Assembly (NCBI RefSeq): GCF_030028105.1
Contig: NC_092391.1
Coordinates: 24,773,223-24,837,222, forward strand
Origin: Mobula birostris
Lineage: Eukaryota
DNA: 64,000 nt
Direction: 5' to 3'
Shown here: positions 47,285-59,600 of the stretch, in pieces
Position numbering within the stretch: position 1 is the first letter of the stretch
Layout of the letters: each line of letters starts with the position of its first letter
Made by a program: the position numbers and the translations under genes
Notes under the pieces: generated by a model
The model's database searches: none
Seen by the model: only the letters and a program-made list of their open reading frames with translations
What the model was told of the DNA's origin: nothing

Positions 47285-48140
47285 CAGTAGATTCTAGTTA
47301 ATTGGGACACAACGGGATCAGTACATTTTGGCCTAATTAAGCTGCTGTCTCAATTAGCCGAAATTTCATGGGAATAGTTTAAAAGGTATAAAAACAACAA
47401 ACTACCATTTAACTGAGTAACAAATCATGTATTTAAATGAATTACAGAACAAATTAGAACATTGATTTATCAATACTACAATGATACTATTAAACTATGT
47501 ATTAGTTCCTAATTGTTATCAACGGAGGAATTTTTCCAGTGTACCTGTTTCCCGTTGTGTTCTTTTGATTGACTGCAAATGAACAAAATCAACACAGACA
47601 CCTAGTGTAGATAATGGACCGCCTTCAAACAATGCTATGGATGATGTATCCTCCAAATCTTTGTTTTCATTGTAGCATTCAAGGTGATTGTCAATACCTT
47701 CAAACTATTCGTAGTTCCTAACTTGCTGAAGTAGTGAAATCATTTCATTTTCACTCGCGGCCATTTCTGGCATCTCTAAGCGTGAATGCTTGAAACTACA
47801 ATGAGCAAAACAGTTCTGAATTGCCTTACTGCTTATTTCTCGGCAACTATTAGTGACAAAAATCATTACTTTTTGAACACAAGCATACGCAACTGATGTT
47901 ATGTAGAAAAAATGTTTGCTGTAAGCACAGTGTAGTATCTAATGGCCATACAAGTGCATGCATTTGATGCTAGGTAGAAACTGTTTGGTAACAATCCCCT
48001 GTCCCAATGAAGCAGCTTACTGTCTCAAATAAATGAAGGGAATCTAGGCTATTTTCTTGATTTGTTTTTGTTCTTTAAGAGTTGTCCCAAATAAGTGGCT
48101 GGCCCAACTATCCGATGGCCCAAATAACTGGAATCCACTG
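47285..48140 (-). mobile_element. Non-autonomous Tc1/mariner (pogo/Tigger-like) element
   Basis: TA TSDs. TIRs CAGTAGATTCTAGTTAATTGGG / CCCAAATAACTGGAATCCACTG. Decayed minus-strand remnant (KAIQNCFAHCSF) resembles a Tigger transposase C-terminus. Confidence 0.8.
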
Positions 48141-48816
48141 TATTTAGCAGGCCAGTGGCATCAGTGGAGGAAAAAAAAAACAAAGACACTTTATTGATTC
48201 AAATGAAGGGTCCTAATCTGAAAAGTAAATTCTGTTTCTCTGTCCATGGGTACTATCTGACCTGTTGAGCAATTCCAGCCTTTTCTGTTCTTTTTTCCAT
48301 ATCTCTACTATCTCCAATATTTCACCCTTGGATGCTTAGAAACAAATTAACTGAATGCTCCTCTTCTGGTTACACAGCCTTCTGACAGTAACTTCTGTGT
48401 TTCTGCTACTTGCCCATCGTGATTTTTAATAAATAACTCTACTGTTTGAATGTACTGTAGATATGAATTTCTTTTGAAAGAATAGACTGAATTAGTGTTC
48501 TATTTTATTGTGGTGTTTTGAATACCATATGTAAAAAAATTATTTAGAAACCATGTGATACAACCAGATAGATGGAAGTAAACTTTTTCATGGAATTCAG
48601 GAAGCTGTGCTTGAAACAGAGCATCAAACAACATTCATGAAATTTCTGGACAAGCGTTTCAATCACCGAAGTCTTGAAGAAACAGCTGGCAAATGGGATT
48701 AGTATAAATAAGTACAGTACAGCTGGTGGTTGGATTTGATGGAGTGGGTTGAAACGCCTGTTTCTGTGCTGTGAGATTCTGTGAACCAATCTGATTCTTT
48801 GTGTTACTTTGATCAG

Positions 48817-48930
48817 CTGAGAAGGGAAATGAAAACAAGAACCTCTCCTCTACTCCATGTTCATGTTGATGAAACAACCCCTGTTCATGTTCATGTTAAG
48901 AAGAGTCCAAAACAAGCAAAGAAGGTCCAG
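48817..48930 (+). CDS. ODF2: ODF2/cenexin exon 2 (conserved ATG at 48829)
   Basis: tcag|CTG...CAG|gtaatc. Encodes MKTRTSPLLHVHVDETTPVHVHVKK (human cenexin MKDRSSTPPLHVHVDENTPVHVHIKK). Confidence 0.92.
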
Positions 48931-50936
48931 GTAATCACTTGGCTCTCTAAGTGGAAAATTAGACTACATCAGTCTTGTGTGCTCACACTCTTTTCACTTC
49001 TGAACTATTAAGATTTTTATCTTTCTGACTTATTCCTTTCATATCTGAATGCATTTTATTTGCACTTTTTTGATAAATATCACATTTCTTTTGCATTTTG
49101 AGTACTCATTGTGAGTGAAAATTGTGGTTTAATATCAGCACCAAGATGCAGTTTGTTCTAACCACCCTAGGACCTTCATTGTAAAACTGGTGTATAAATT
49201 GCATTGATGTATTAGTTGTTGCTTCCCAAGCCTTATTTTTGGCCACTCTTTGGGACTTCTACCTTGGGAAAGCATATTCCTTATGATCTCCTATGAATAC
49301 CAACATGGTTCACTTTCTCATTTTTAAAAAGAGTAAGCAATTTTTTTTAACCGAAGTAGATGACTTCACATTTTTCCGCATTATATTCCTTTAGTAAAAA
49401 TGTCTTTATCCCCTCTGTGTCTTCCTCACAGTGCACACACCTATCAGCTTTATATCATCAGTAGACCTGTTTAAGTTACATTTACTAAGCCTTGAATTCA
49501 AATTGTTAGCATCTGGGACTCCGGCATAAATTCCTGTGTATCCTTACGAATCATAGCTTCCTAACCTAATATAATCAGATTCCTACAATTCCTTACCCAC
49601 TAACCATTTTCAATCTCTCCTATTCCATTCATTCAGTCCCATGTGTTCTAAGTTTGTTTAGTAGTGAAAATTTATTTAGTTGCAGTCTATTTTTTGCTTA
49701 ATCTCATATGATACCCATGAAAGTCCAGATAAACCACTTTTGCCTTATCCATTCTACTATAATCAACTCCTACTTCTTGCCTTCATAGTTTGTTGAAAGC
49801 AGTCTAGCAAACTATCTTTCATTTTTAATATATGATTACCTTTTTTCTCATTATACTGTACCAAATCTAAAATAGCCTATTTAGTTATTGGTGCTTCATC
49901 ATACTAATGTAAAAAAAAAACATTTTTTATACTCAATTAATTCACCTTCAGTTACATTCATCTAATTTATATTTGGTTTAAAGATTACTGTATTGCGATT
50001 GTTACCTGCACCAGTATTCCTTCATTTCTATTATGCCTTCCGTTAACTCTACCATTTGTGGGACTATATGGAGCTGTCACAAGTATTTCCTGCCCCTTGT
50101 TGTGTCTTAGCCCCAACCAAATTTATTCCACCTATTGAAGTTCTGAACAAAGAACCTTTCGTCTAGATTACTGTGGAGAATCTCTATAGTAATATGAACT
50201 GACTACTTTGAACTACAATGGACTTGGTGGGATTTTGTTCTAATTATGTTCCTTAGATAATTTTCTATAATTAACATTTTTGTGAATATTGTCTCTCCAA
50301 TGCTGTGTTCCTATGATTCCGCTGCAAGTAAGCTTTTCATTTCACCTATGGACGTTACAATAAACTCTACTATTCTTTTCAAATTCCTTCATCCTATTCT
50401 TTAATATCATGGCTATCCCTCTGTTTGCATTATACCTATCTTTTCTCAAAGTTGGAAAATATTTACTTTCTGCCTTATTCGCCTCACAATCGTATCCTTG
50501 TAGACGCTATTCAGTCGTAAGCAATTGTTTTGATTTATGCCATTAATTCATTGCCTTGTTACAAATGCTGTGCGCATTCAAGAAATTATTCTTCAGTTTT
50601 ATCTCTGCTCTGACGCTCACTGCAAATATATTGCTATGTTTGTATGCCCTGTTTCTTCATGACAGAGTCTGGTTATGATTAGCCACTTCATAATTATGTG
50701 CAATCACTTTGTTCATTCCTTCTAACTTTTTATATTTCAGCCCACTGAAATATTTAGGTCAGAATGTTATCCATTATCTCAATGATTCGATTCACTATAT
50801 ACAGGTCTGAGCCTTCTTCGGGTGAAACCTGCCCTGATAGAACAGCTCTGTTTTAGGTCCTTCATGACATTCTCATAGCATTGATATAAGTTGAATTTCA
50901 TGATATTATAACATCTTTACTTTCAACATTTAGCAG

Positions 50937-51053
50937 AAACTGAAAGGAGCACTTGAATGTGGCAACCTGAGACCAGTCAGCAAGGTAAAGACCAAGGTGC
51001 CATGGATTCCACCAGGCAAAACATCAGTAAGAGAACTTGGCTACAAATGGGAG
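50937..51053 (+). CDS. ODF2: ODF2 exon 3 (alternative acceptor at 50934)
   Basis: tagcag|AAA...GAG|gtttgt. Encodes ...VKTKVPWIPPGKTSVRELGYKWE (human VKTKVPWMPPGKSSARPVGCKWE). Confidence 0.92.
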
Positions 51054-51203
51054 GTTTGTACCCATAAGTCCTTGAAATTTCTAGTTTGCATTAATGCTTA
51101 TTTAATTCTGGTGTCAGTCTCACTCCAACGAATAATGTTTTGATGACAGAGATTACAAAAATTAGCTTTATTTGTCAATTGCACATTGAAATTTGTAGTA
51201 ATA

Positions 51204-53694
51204 CAGGGGTCCCCCCGCTTTTCGAACGTTCGCTTTATGAAACCTCACTGTTACGAAAGACCTACATTAGTTACCTATTTTTGCTAACAGAAGGTGTTTT
51301 CACTGTTATGAAAAAAGGCAGCACGCAAAAAAAGAAGCAGCGCATGTCCCGAACAGCCGCTCTCCCCTGGATTTGGAACGGCATTCTCGCCGGCATTGCT
51401 TAAACACGTGCCTGTGAGCAGCCGTTTGCAAGATGTGTTCTAAGGTATCGGAAAAGCCTGAAAGAGCTCGTAAGGGTGTTACACTTATCGTAAAACTAGA
51501 CGTAATTAAGCGTTTCGATCGTGGTGAACGAAGTAAGGACAAAGTGAGTTTGGCTTGTGGAAGATGACGAAGATGATGTTGAAGAGGTTTTGGCATCTCA
51601 TGACCAAGAACTGATAGATGAAGAGCTGATGCAATTGGAAGAGGAAAAGATAACAATCGAAACCGAATGCGGTAGCGAATGGACCGAAAGTGAAGTCGTC
51701 CAGGAACTGAACGTGAAGCAACTGCATGAGATTTTTGCTGCAATGATAAAGTACGACTTTAATTTTGAAAGGGTACGTCGGTTTAGGGCATATTTGCAGG
51801 ATAGTTTGAGTGCTGAGAAAGAACTGTATGATAGAAAAATGCGCGAGGCTAAGCAGTCAAGCATACTGTCGTTTTTCAAGCCTTCGACATCAGCCACAGC
51901 AGACGACGAACCTCGACCTTCGACATCGAGACAGGCAGACATAGAAGAAGATGACCTACCTGCCCTGGTGGAAATAGATGACGAGATGATACCCCGTGTC
52001 CCACCATCCCAACCCCCGGGCTGCGGACAGATACCGATCTGCGAAGAATACAGCGGTGGCCGGAACGCACCCAGCACATCTTTAAGAAAAAAGCCGAAAT
52101 AAACAAGCTAATTAATTAGGTGCCACCTGACACGTAAATGTCGGCCCAGATCAGAGGCGATTGCCAATTGCGTCGCCTTTGATCTGGGCCGATATCTACG
52201 TGCCGGGCGGCACCTAATTAATTAGCTTGTTTGTTTCGGCTTTTTTCTTAAAGATGTGCTGGGTGTGTCCTGGCTGCCGCTGTACTCCTGCAGGTTTCAC
52301 GGATCGGTATTGGTTCGCTGCGTGGAGGGTGGGGGCCACTGCACCATCCCAACCTCTGACGACTCAGCCTAACACACCATCCTCAGTGTGCTCGATGTCT
52401 TCCCGATTCCCGTAAGTGATACTACACTGTACATACATTATTTCTACTTTATATAGGCTGTGTATTTTTATGTGTTATTTGGTATGATTTGGCAGCTTCA
52501 TAGCTTAAAGATTACTGGAGAGCGCTTGCGCCGTGTTTCTGCCAAGAGCGCTTGCGTGAGATTTTCGCTATGGAGAACAGTGCAGCAATAATTGTGGAAA
52601 TATTTCTACTTTATGTAGGCTGTGTGTTCATCATATCATTCCTGCTTTTACTATATGTTACTGTTATTTTAGGTTTTATGTGTTATTTGGCATGATTTGG
52701 TAGATTATTTTTGGGTCTGCTGTTACATGTTCAAGGAGATCTGTGTTTTTTTTTGTGAGAATGATGTAATGGTCTTTTGGAGGTCACCTGATGTGATCTT
52801 CCCACCGATGTGAGGTCACGTGATGATATGTGCCCCATGGGTATATAAGGGTCGACCCCAGATAATGCAGTTAGTTTTTAGTTTGTAGATTTCCAGGTAG
52901 AATGTGCTGTGTCTCTGTTTCTGTTGCGTGTTTGTTTTTGTGACGCAGTTTCATTTTTAAAACGGAGTGTTGCGTTCTATTGCAAGATACAATATTATTG
53001 GACTGGAAATTTTTGGCTAGATGTGCTGATTTACTCAATTCCAGAAGAAGAAGGGAGAGTGAAGACTTTATCGAAGTACAGGACCAAAGGATTGAGAGGA
53101 GTCGGCATCGTTTGGCAGTTTAACAAAGGATCGACCTTATTGAGTCTTAGTTGAAGGAGTAGCGACCTGCATCGAGATAACTCTTGCCAAAAGAGTAAAG
53201 AGTTCACGCAAAGGTTAAAAGACTTTAAGGTCAGTTGTTTTAAACTGTTTATTTACTGCCACGTGAATTCTGAGGACAGAACCAGCAGGAAAGTCGCGTC
53301 TGTGAAGAAATCCTTCTCCAGAGAAGTCTCTCCCAATTGAACGTACAAATCTGTTGGACTTTCGAATTTACCATTTTAAGAACTATACCTGACTGTATCG
53401 CTTTAAGAACCAGTGCTGAGTGACAATGTGTTGAACGGCTGCATAACAGTTAACTTCTGGTTAAAGTTTTTGTTTGTTTTTTTCCTTATCGTTTATCCGT
53501 GTTTAATAAATGTTTGGTTATTTTTATATAACTTGTCTCAATTGATATTCATTGTTGCCGTTTACGTAACACTGCGAATGCTCGCAAATTTTTCCCCATA
53601 TAACTAAATGATAATTGCTTCTTCGCTTTACGACATTCCGGTTTACAAACCGTTTCATAGGAACGCTCTACATTTAGATGGCGGAGGAAACCTG
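51204..53694 (+). mobile_element. Internally deleted Tigger/pogo transposon, the longer relative of the MITEs at 1.8-3.6 kb
   Basis: TA-CAGGGGTCCCCCCG...GGAAACCTG-TA. N-terminal HTH remnant RKGVTLIVKLDVIKRFDRGE is joined to C-terminal DVEEVLASHDQELIDEELMQL...KQSSILSFFKP. Confidence 0.88.
52721..53571 (+). mobile_element. Solo LTR (851 bp) inserted in the Tigger element
   Basis: TGTTAC...GTAACA termini. 4-bp TSD CTGC (52717-52720, 53572-53575). TATATAA near 52842 and AATAAA at 53505. The empty site is visible in the MITE copy near 2180. Confidence 0.85.
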
Positions 53695-53873
53695 TATGTG
53701 TCATTTGTGTCAAATCAAGTCATAAGGATTATACTGGGCAGCCACACCAATATACCATGCCCACAGTTTACTAATCCTAACCTCTACAGCCCTAACCTGA
53801 AGGGATGGAAAGAATGGAGATTTGAGGGAGAACTCTGGCTTGTCTGTATTCTAGTTCTCTGCTTCTATTTCTT

Positions 53874-54350
53874 TAGTCATAGTCATACTTTATTGATCCT
53901 GGGGGAAATTGATTTTCGTTATAGTTGCACCATAAATAATTAAATAGTAATAAAACCATAAATAGTTAAATAGTAATATGTAAATTATGAAATAAGTCCA
54001 GGACCAGCCTATAGGCTCAGGGTGTCTGACCCTCCAAGGGAGGAGTTGTAAAAGTTTGATGGCCACAGGCAGGAATGACTTCCTATGAAGCTTTGTGTTG
54101 CATCTCTGTGGAATGAGTCTCTGGCTGAATGTACTCCTGTGCCCACCCAGTACATTATGTAGTGGATGGGAGACATTGTCCGAGATGGCATGCAACTTGG
54201 ACAGCATCCTCTTTTCAGATACCACCATCAGAGAGTCCAGTTCCATCCTCACAACATCACTGGCCTTACGAATGAGTTTGTTGATTCTGTTGGTGTCTGC
54301 TACCCTCAGCCTGCTGCCCCAGCACACAACAGCAAACATAATTTTGCAGA
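53874..54350 (-). mobile_element. Rex/Babar-like LINE 3' fragment
   Basis: Minus ORF AVVCWG...RINKLIRKASDVV...HPLH...KSFLPVAIKL; (ATGACT)n tail. Confidence 0.75.
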
Positions 54351-54584
54351 ACACTTAAAATATAAAGCCTCTTCCTTTTCCAGTGAGGTCAAAAACCTGC
54401 ATGAGCAGAAACAATAATTTTATGTATTTTACTGTGCAATGAACTTGTGCTTCCTGTGGCTTTGAAAGAGAATTCTTGATTTCATTTTGTGCAGGACTAA
54501 ACTTCTTGGGAATACAGAGGAAATCTGAGAGGACTCTTTGTAATACTATAGTATTAATGTGTTAATTGAACACATTAGTGTTCC

Positions 54585-54720
54585 TAAACACAAGAAGGTC
54601 TGCAGATGCTGGAAATCCAAAGCAACACACACTGAAATGTTGAAAGAACTCAGCAGGTCAGGCAGCATCTACGGAAATGAATAAGTAGTCGATGTTTTGG
54701 GCTGAGACCCTTCTTCAGGA
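54585..54720 (-). mobile_element. Penelope terminal-repeat copy
   Basis: TCTGCAGATGCTGGAAATCC...GTCGATGTTTTGGGCTGAGACCCTTCTTCAGGA. Confidence 0.75.
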
Positions 54721-54967
54721 ATATCTTCATGAATTGCTGTTTCTATCTTCATGAATTTTCATCAATTGATTTACATAGCAATTCTGGGAGAAATTCATCA
54801 CTGGTACCATACAAATTGAATGAGCTAGAAGGAGATGAAGGGGAATAGAAGCTTTTAGCTCCAATAACAGATCTTAACCTTGTCATTTAAACTAGTAAGT
54901 AGCTGAAGCATAAAGACCAGGATGGATCATGTTCATTCTCAGGTCTTTACTGAAATAACAATGATTA

Positions 54968-55190
54968 GGGTGACATGGTAGCGTAGTGGTTATCACAACG
55001 CTTTACAGTACAGGTGACCTGGGCTCAATTCCTGCTGCTGCCTGTATAGAGTTTGTGACTGTGTGGGTTTCCTCCCATATTCCAAAGGCATACTGGTTGG
55101 TAGGTTAATTGGTCATTATAAATTGTCCCGTGATCAGGCTAGGGCTAGATTGGGGGATTGCTGGGCTGCGGAGCTGGAGGGGCCTATTCT
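54968..55190 (+). mobile_element. V-SINE-like SINE whose tail is interrupted by a LINE
   Basis: GGTAGCGTAGTGGTT head ... GGGCCTATTCT. The remaining tail TCTCAATAAATAAATAAAT reappears at 57820-57838. Confidence 0.7.
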
Positions 55191-57819
55191 GCAGGAACTC
55201 TGTGCTGGTCGCTAGTTACTGCTCATCGCTAGTGGAGTTTGTGACTGTTAGATGCAGACTGTTTTATTTACCACGGGGATTCACCACTGTCCTTATAGTC
55301 AGTGTCTACATTCCCCCCAGCGCTTGTGCTAAGGAGGCGCTCTGTGAACTGTATGGGGCTATGAGCGAACTGCACAACGCACACCCTGATGGACTGTTTA
55401 TTGTCGCCGGAGATTTTAACCACGCAAGCTTCAAGTCAGTGCTCCCCAGATTCCATCAGCATGTGGACTTTACAACGAGAGGGGAGAACACATTGGACCT
55501 TGTTTACACAAACATCCCCGATGCATACCGGGTGGAGCCCTGCCCCCACCTCGGTTACTCAGACCACATCTCTGTTACGCTAATCCCAGCATACAGACCG
55601 CTCGTCAGATGCTCCAGACCAGTTCTGAAGCAGGTGAAAACCTGGCCAGCAGGAGCCATCTCTGCTCTTCAAGACTACTTTGAGCACACTGACTGGCACA
55701 TGTTCAGGGAGGCTGCAACCGATGGAGACCAGCTTAGAGGAGTACACAGCATCAGTGACAAGCTACTCAGCAAGTGCATTGATGATGTCACTGTGTCCAA
55801 GACCATCACTACATGCACTAGCCAGAAGCCATGGATGACCGCGGAGCTGCATGCGCTGCTGAGGACCCGTGACTCCGCCTTCAGAGCAGGCGATAAGGCA
55901 ACCCTAACAACAGCGAGGGCCAAACTGTCCCGGGCCATCAACGAGGCAGAGCGTGCACACGCCCAGCAAATCCACAGTCACTTCCAGGACAGCAGTGACA
56001 CGCAGCACATGTGGAAGGGCATTCAGGACATCACCAACTACAGGACAACACCACCTGCCTGTGCTGGTGATGCCTCCCTCCCAGATGCGTTGAACAACTT
56101 CTACGCTCGTTTCAAGGTGGAAAATTACGTGGTGGCGAGGAAGACCACTCCTCCTCCCAATGACCAGGTGCTGTGTCTTACAGTGGCCGATGTGAGGAAA
56201 ACTCTATGCAGGGTCAACCCACGGAAGGCTGCTGGACCAGACAATATTCCTGGCAGGGTGCTCAGAGGATGTGCAGACCAGCTGGTAGATGTTCTCACTG
56301 ACATCTTCAACATCTCCCTGAGCAGCACCATCGTTCCTATGTGCTTCAAGGCTGCCACCATCGTCCCCGTGCCAAAGGAGTCTTCAGTGTCCTGCCTCAA
56401 TGACTACCGTCCTGTTGCACTCTCATCCATTATCATGAAACGTTTCGAGAGGCTCGTCATGAGGCACATAAAGACCCTGCTACCTCCCTCACTGGACCCC
56501 TTGCAGTTTGCGTACCGTCCAACCGTTCAACAGACAACGCCATTGCCATCACCCTCCACCTGGCCCTAACCCACCTGGACAAAAAAGACACGTATTTTCG
56601 AATGCTGTTCATAGACTTCAGTTCAGCATTCAACACAATCATCCCTCAGAAACTGATTGGAAAGTTGAGCCTACTGGGCCTGAACACCTCCCTCTGCAAC
56701 TGGATCCTAGACTTCCTGACTGGGAGACCTCAGTCAGTCCGGATCGGAAGCAGCATCTTCAACACCATCATACTGAGCACGGGGGCCCCCCAGGGCTGTG
56801 TGCTCAGTCCACTGCTGTTCACTCTGCTGACCCACGACTGTGCAGCAACACACAGCTCGAACCACATCATCAAATTCGCCGATGACCCGACCGTGGTGGG
56901 TCTCATCACCAAGAACGACGAGTCAGCATACAGAGAGGTGCTGCAGCTAACGGACTGGTGCAGAGCCAACAACCTGTCTCTGAATGTGAACAAAACAAAA
57001 GAGATGGTTGTTGACTTCAGGAGGACACGGAACGACCACTCTCCACTGAACATTGATGGCTCTTCCGTTGAGATCGTTAAGAGCACCAAATTTCTTGGTG
57101 TTCACCTGGCGGAGAATCTGACCTGGTCCCTCAACACCAGCTCCATAGCCAAGAAAGCCCAGCAGCATCTCTACTTTCTGCGAAGGCTGAGAAAAGTCCA
57201 TATCCCCCCCCCCACCCGCCCCCACATCCTCACTACATTCTACAGAGGTTGTATTGAGAGCATCCTGAGCAGCTGCATCACTGCCTGGTTCGGGAGTTGC
57301 ACTGTCTCAGATCTCAAGACCCTACAGCGGATAGTGAGGTCAGCTGAGAAGATCATCGGGGTCTCTCTTCCCGCCGTTACAGACATTTACACTACACGCT
57401 GCATCCGTAAAGCCAACAGCATTGTGAAGGACCCCACACACCCCTCATACAAACTCTTCTCCTCCCTGCCATCTGGCAGAAGGTACCAAAGCATTCGGGC
57501 TCTCACGACCAGACTGTGCAACAATTTCTTCCCCCAAGCCATCAGACTCCTTAATACCCAAAGACTAGCCTGACATCTACATCATTTACTATTATATTGT
57601 AATTTGTCCTCTACTGTGCCTATTGTCTTGCTTATTATTTATTGTACTGCCCTGCACTGTTTTGTGCACTTTATGTAGTCCTGTGCAGGTCTGTACTCTA
57701 GTGTAGTTTTGTGTTGTTTCATGCAGCACCATGGACCTGGAGGAATGTTGTTTCGTTTTTACTGTGTACTGTACCAGCAGTTTATGGTCGAAGTGACAAT
57801 AAAAAGCGACTTGACTTGA
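55191..57819 (+). mobile_element. Young Rex/Babar-clade LINE (APE and RT), 5'-truncated, few frameshifts
   Basis: APE motifs [12 protein letters not shown] and SDH. RT motifs [33 protein letters not shown] and KFADD. Frameshift near 56520. (GACTT)n tail. Confidence 0.93.
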
Positions 57820-58269
57820 TCTCAATAAATAAATAAATCCACCACACTTCAAAGGTGATGGGAAATTTGTCCACAGTTTCTAACTGTATTCAGTGTCTGT
57901 GAATCCTAGGTGCATCTGGATGGAATTTAGTGAAGATGGAATTTAATTTGGCTGTAGTACTTGTGAAATCATAATATAATGACGCTATCAAATGTAGGGA
58001 GATTTCAGCTCTTGGGCAAAGTGGACAGCCTGCTGAGTCAGATTCACAAAATGTAATGAATACCTGCCAGAGAACAGATAAACCTGATGAGGTCTTTAGG
58101 AAGCACGTATCATGCTTGAACAGAACTATTTCTTCATTTTCTGAGGTATTTCAGCTTTTTATGTGTGCCCCATTGATAAATTCAAATCTGCAAGTATTTG
58201 CTCTTACTTTGGACAAAGTTTTGGAGTTGATCATTACTAACAATTGCTGTCATGCTCCTTTTATTCCAG

Positions 58270-58440
58270 GGTCCAACTCATCGACTGGATATAACACCTA
58301 TTAACACTGAGAAATTCAACTCAACACTTCACCTGAGTGACCTCTCCACAGATGATGAGGAAGCGATACATGGGAAGATGAATCAGTATGAGAAGAAAAT
58401 CAACTGTCTTATGAAACAAATGGGATCATTAAAAAATGAG
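58270..58440 (+). CDS. ODF2: ODF2 exon 4
   Basis: ccag|GGT...GAG|gtaagg. Encodes GPTHRLDITP...LSDLSTDDEE...KMNQYEKKINCLM...LKNE (human LEITPP...LSDLSTEDDD...KMNRYDKKIDSLM). Confidence 0.94.
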
Positions 58441-59412
58441 GTAAGGTTAACCATGCTGGTAGTAACACACTTATAATGCCTCTTAGGATTTCAAACTACT
58501 TCGCAAAATAAAATATAGCAAGTTTTGTGCAGCCAGCCATGTGTGAAGTGTTGTCATGGTTTAAAGCTGTTAAATCAGCTGGTGTCCTGGATTTCATCGC
58601 TTGAGGGTGGAGTGCAGGACAGTGTACTGGCACACTTGGTTGTATGACCTTTTAAAATGTAACTTGGACCAGGGAAGCTGGTTTAATGAGTCCTATGAAG
58701 ATCCAACACTCTAGAACCCTAAATAGTAGAGCTTGAAACCCCCAAAACAGAAGAAATAGCAGGAATAGGCCAGGTGAGCCATTAAGCCTGACCATGTCCA
58801 GTCTATTTTTCTGTCCATTTCCATCGATATCCAGCAATTCCTTTGGCATCCAGGAACCTACCTTAGTCTTGAATGAAGGGTAATGACTGAGCTTTCACAA
58901 CCCTCCAAGCAGAGAATTTTAAAGGTTTATAGTCTTGTGTCCTCTTCACAGTTTACATTTCAACTTTGCTTTGTATTATTAACAGACTTGTTACATTAGG
59001 TTTCATCAAAATCTAAATTGTGAATAATTGAGGGCCCGATATTGATCCCTGGGCATCCAGCTGGTAACTTGAAACCAGCCCATGTATTTTTACTTTTAGC
59101 CAGTCCTCTTCAGTTAACCCTCATTTTAGTGAGCCTTATTTTATGTAACAGAATTTTTATGTGGCAGGACATTGGGGGCTTTTTAAAAGGAAAACACATT
59201 CTGCTCCACTTTATCTACTCAACTAATTGTATCCCCTAAGGTATTGGATTTGTCAAAAATGATTTTTCCCTTTGTAGCATATTGATTTTTTTGATTATAT
59301 CAGACCAATAAAAGGAGCAGAAACTGTTGCTTCTGTTTGCTGAACTCCTAGTTTAAGCATTTCTTATAATTCCAATTTGAAAGTGTAACTGTGATTTATG
59401 TATGATATATAG

Positions 59413-59600
59413 GTTGAATTGAGAAAGAAAAATCAATTGCTGGAACAGCGAGAGGAGGAGCTGAATCTATCCAAGCGGTTGATTGAAGAGAAAGAGGAGG
59501 AATTAGCTGAAATCACCAAGGAGCTAGTTCTTACTGAGCATAAGAATGAGTTACTACAAAGGGACATTGAAATGATGAAAGAGGATCCAGAAAATTCCTG
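59413..59600 (+). CDS. ODF2: ODF2 exon 5 (coiled coil)
   Basis: atag|GTT...TCC TG|gtacaa. Encodes KRLIEEKEEELAEITKELVLTEHKNELLQRDIEMMKE. Confidence 0.9.

Noticed and set aside
51557-52102. 181-aa acidic ORF as a novel host gene
   Set aside because: It is the C-terminal remnant of a Tigger transposase inside a TIR-bounded, internally deleted element, and has no true ATG at its start.
55109-57573. Long ORFs as a domesticated reverse-transcriptase gene or a bacterial-type RT system
   Set aside because: Standard Rex/Babar LINE ORF with frameshifts, 5' truncation and a microsatellite tail.
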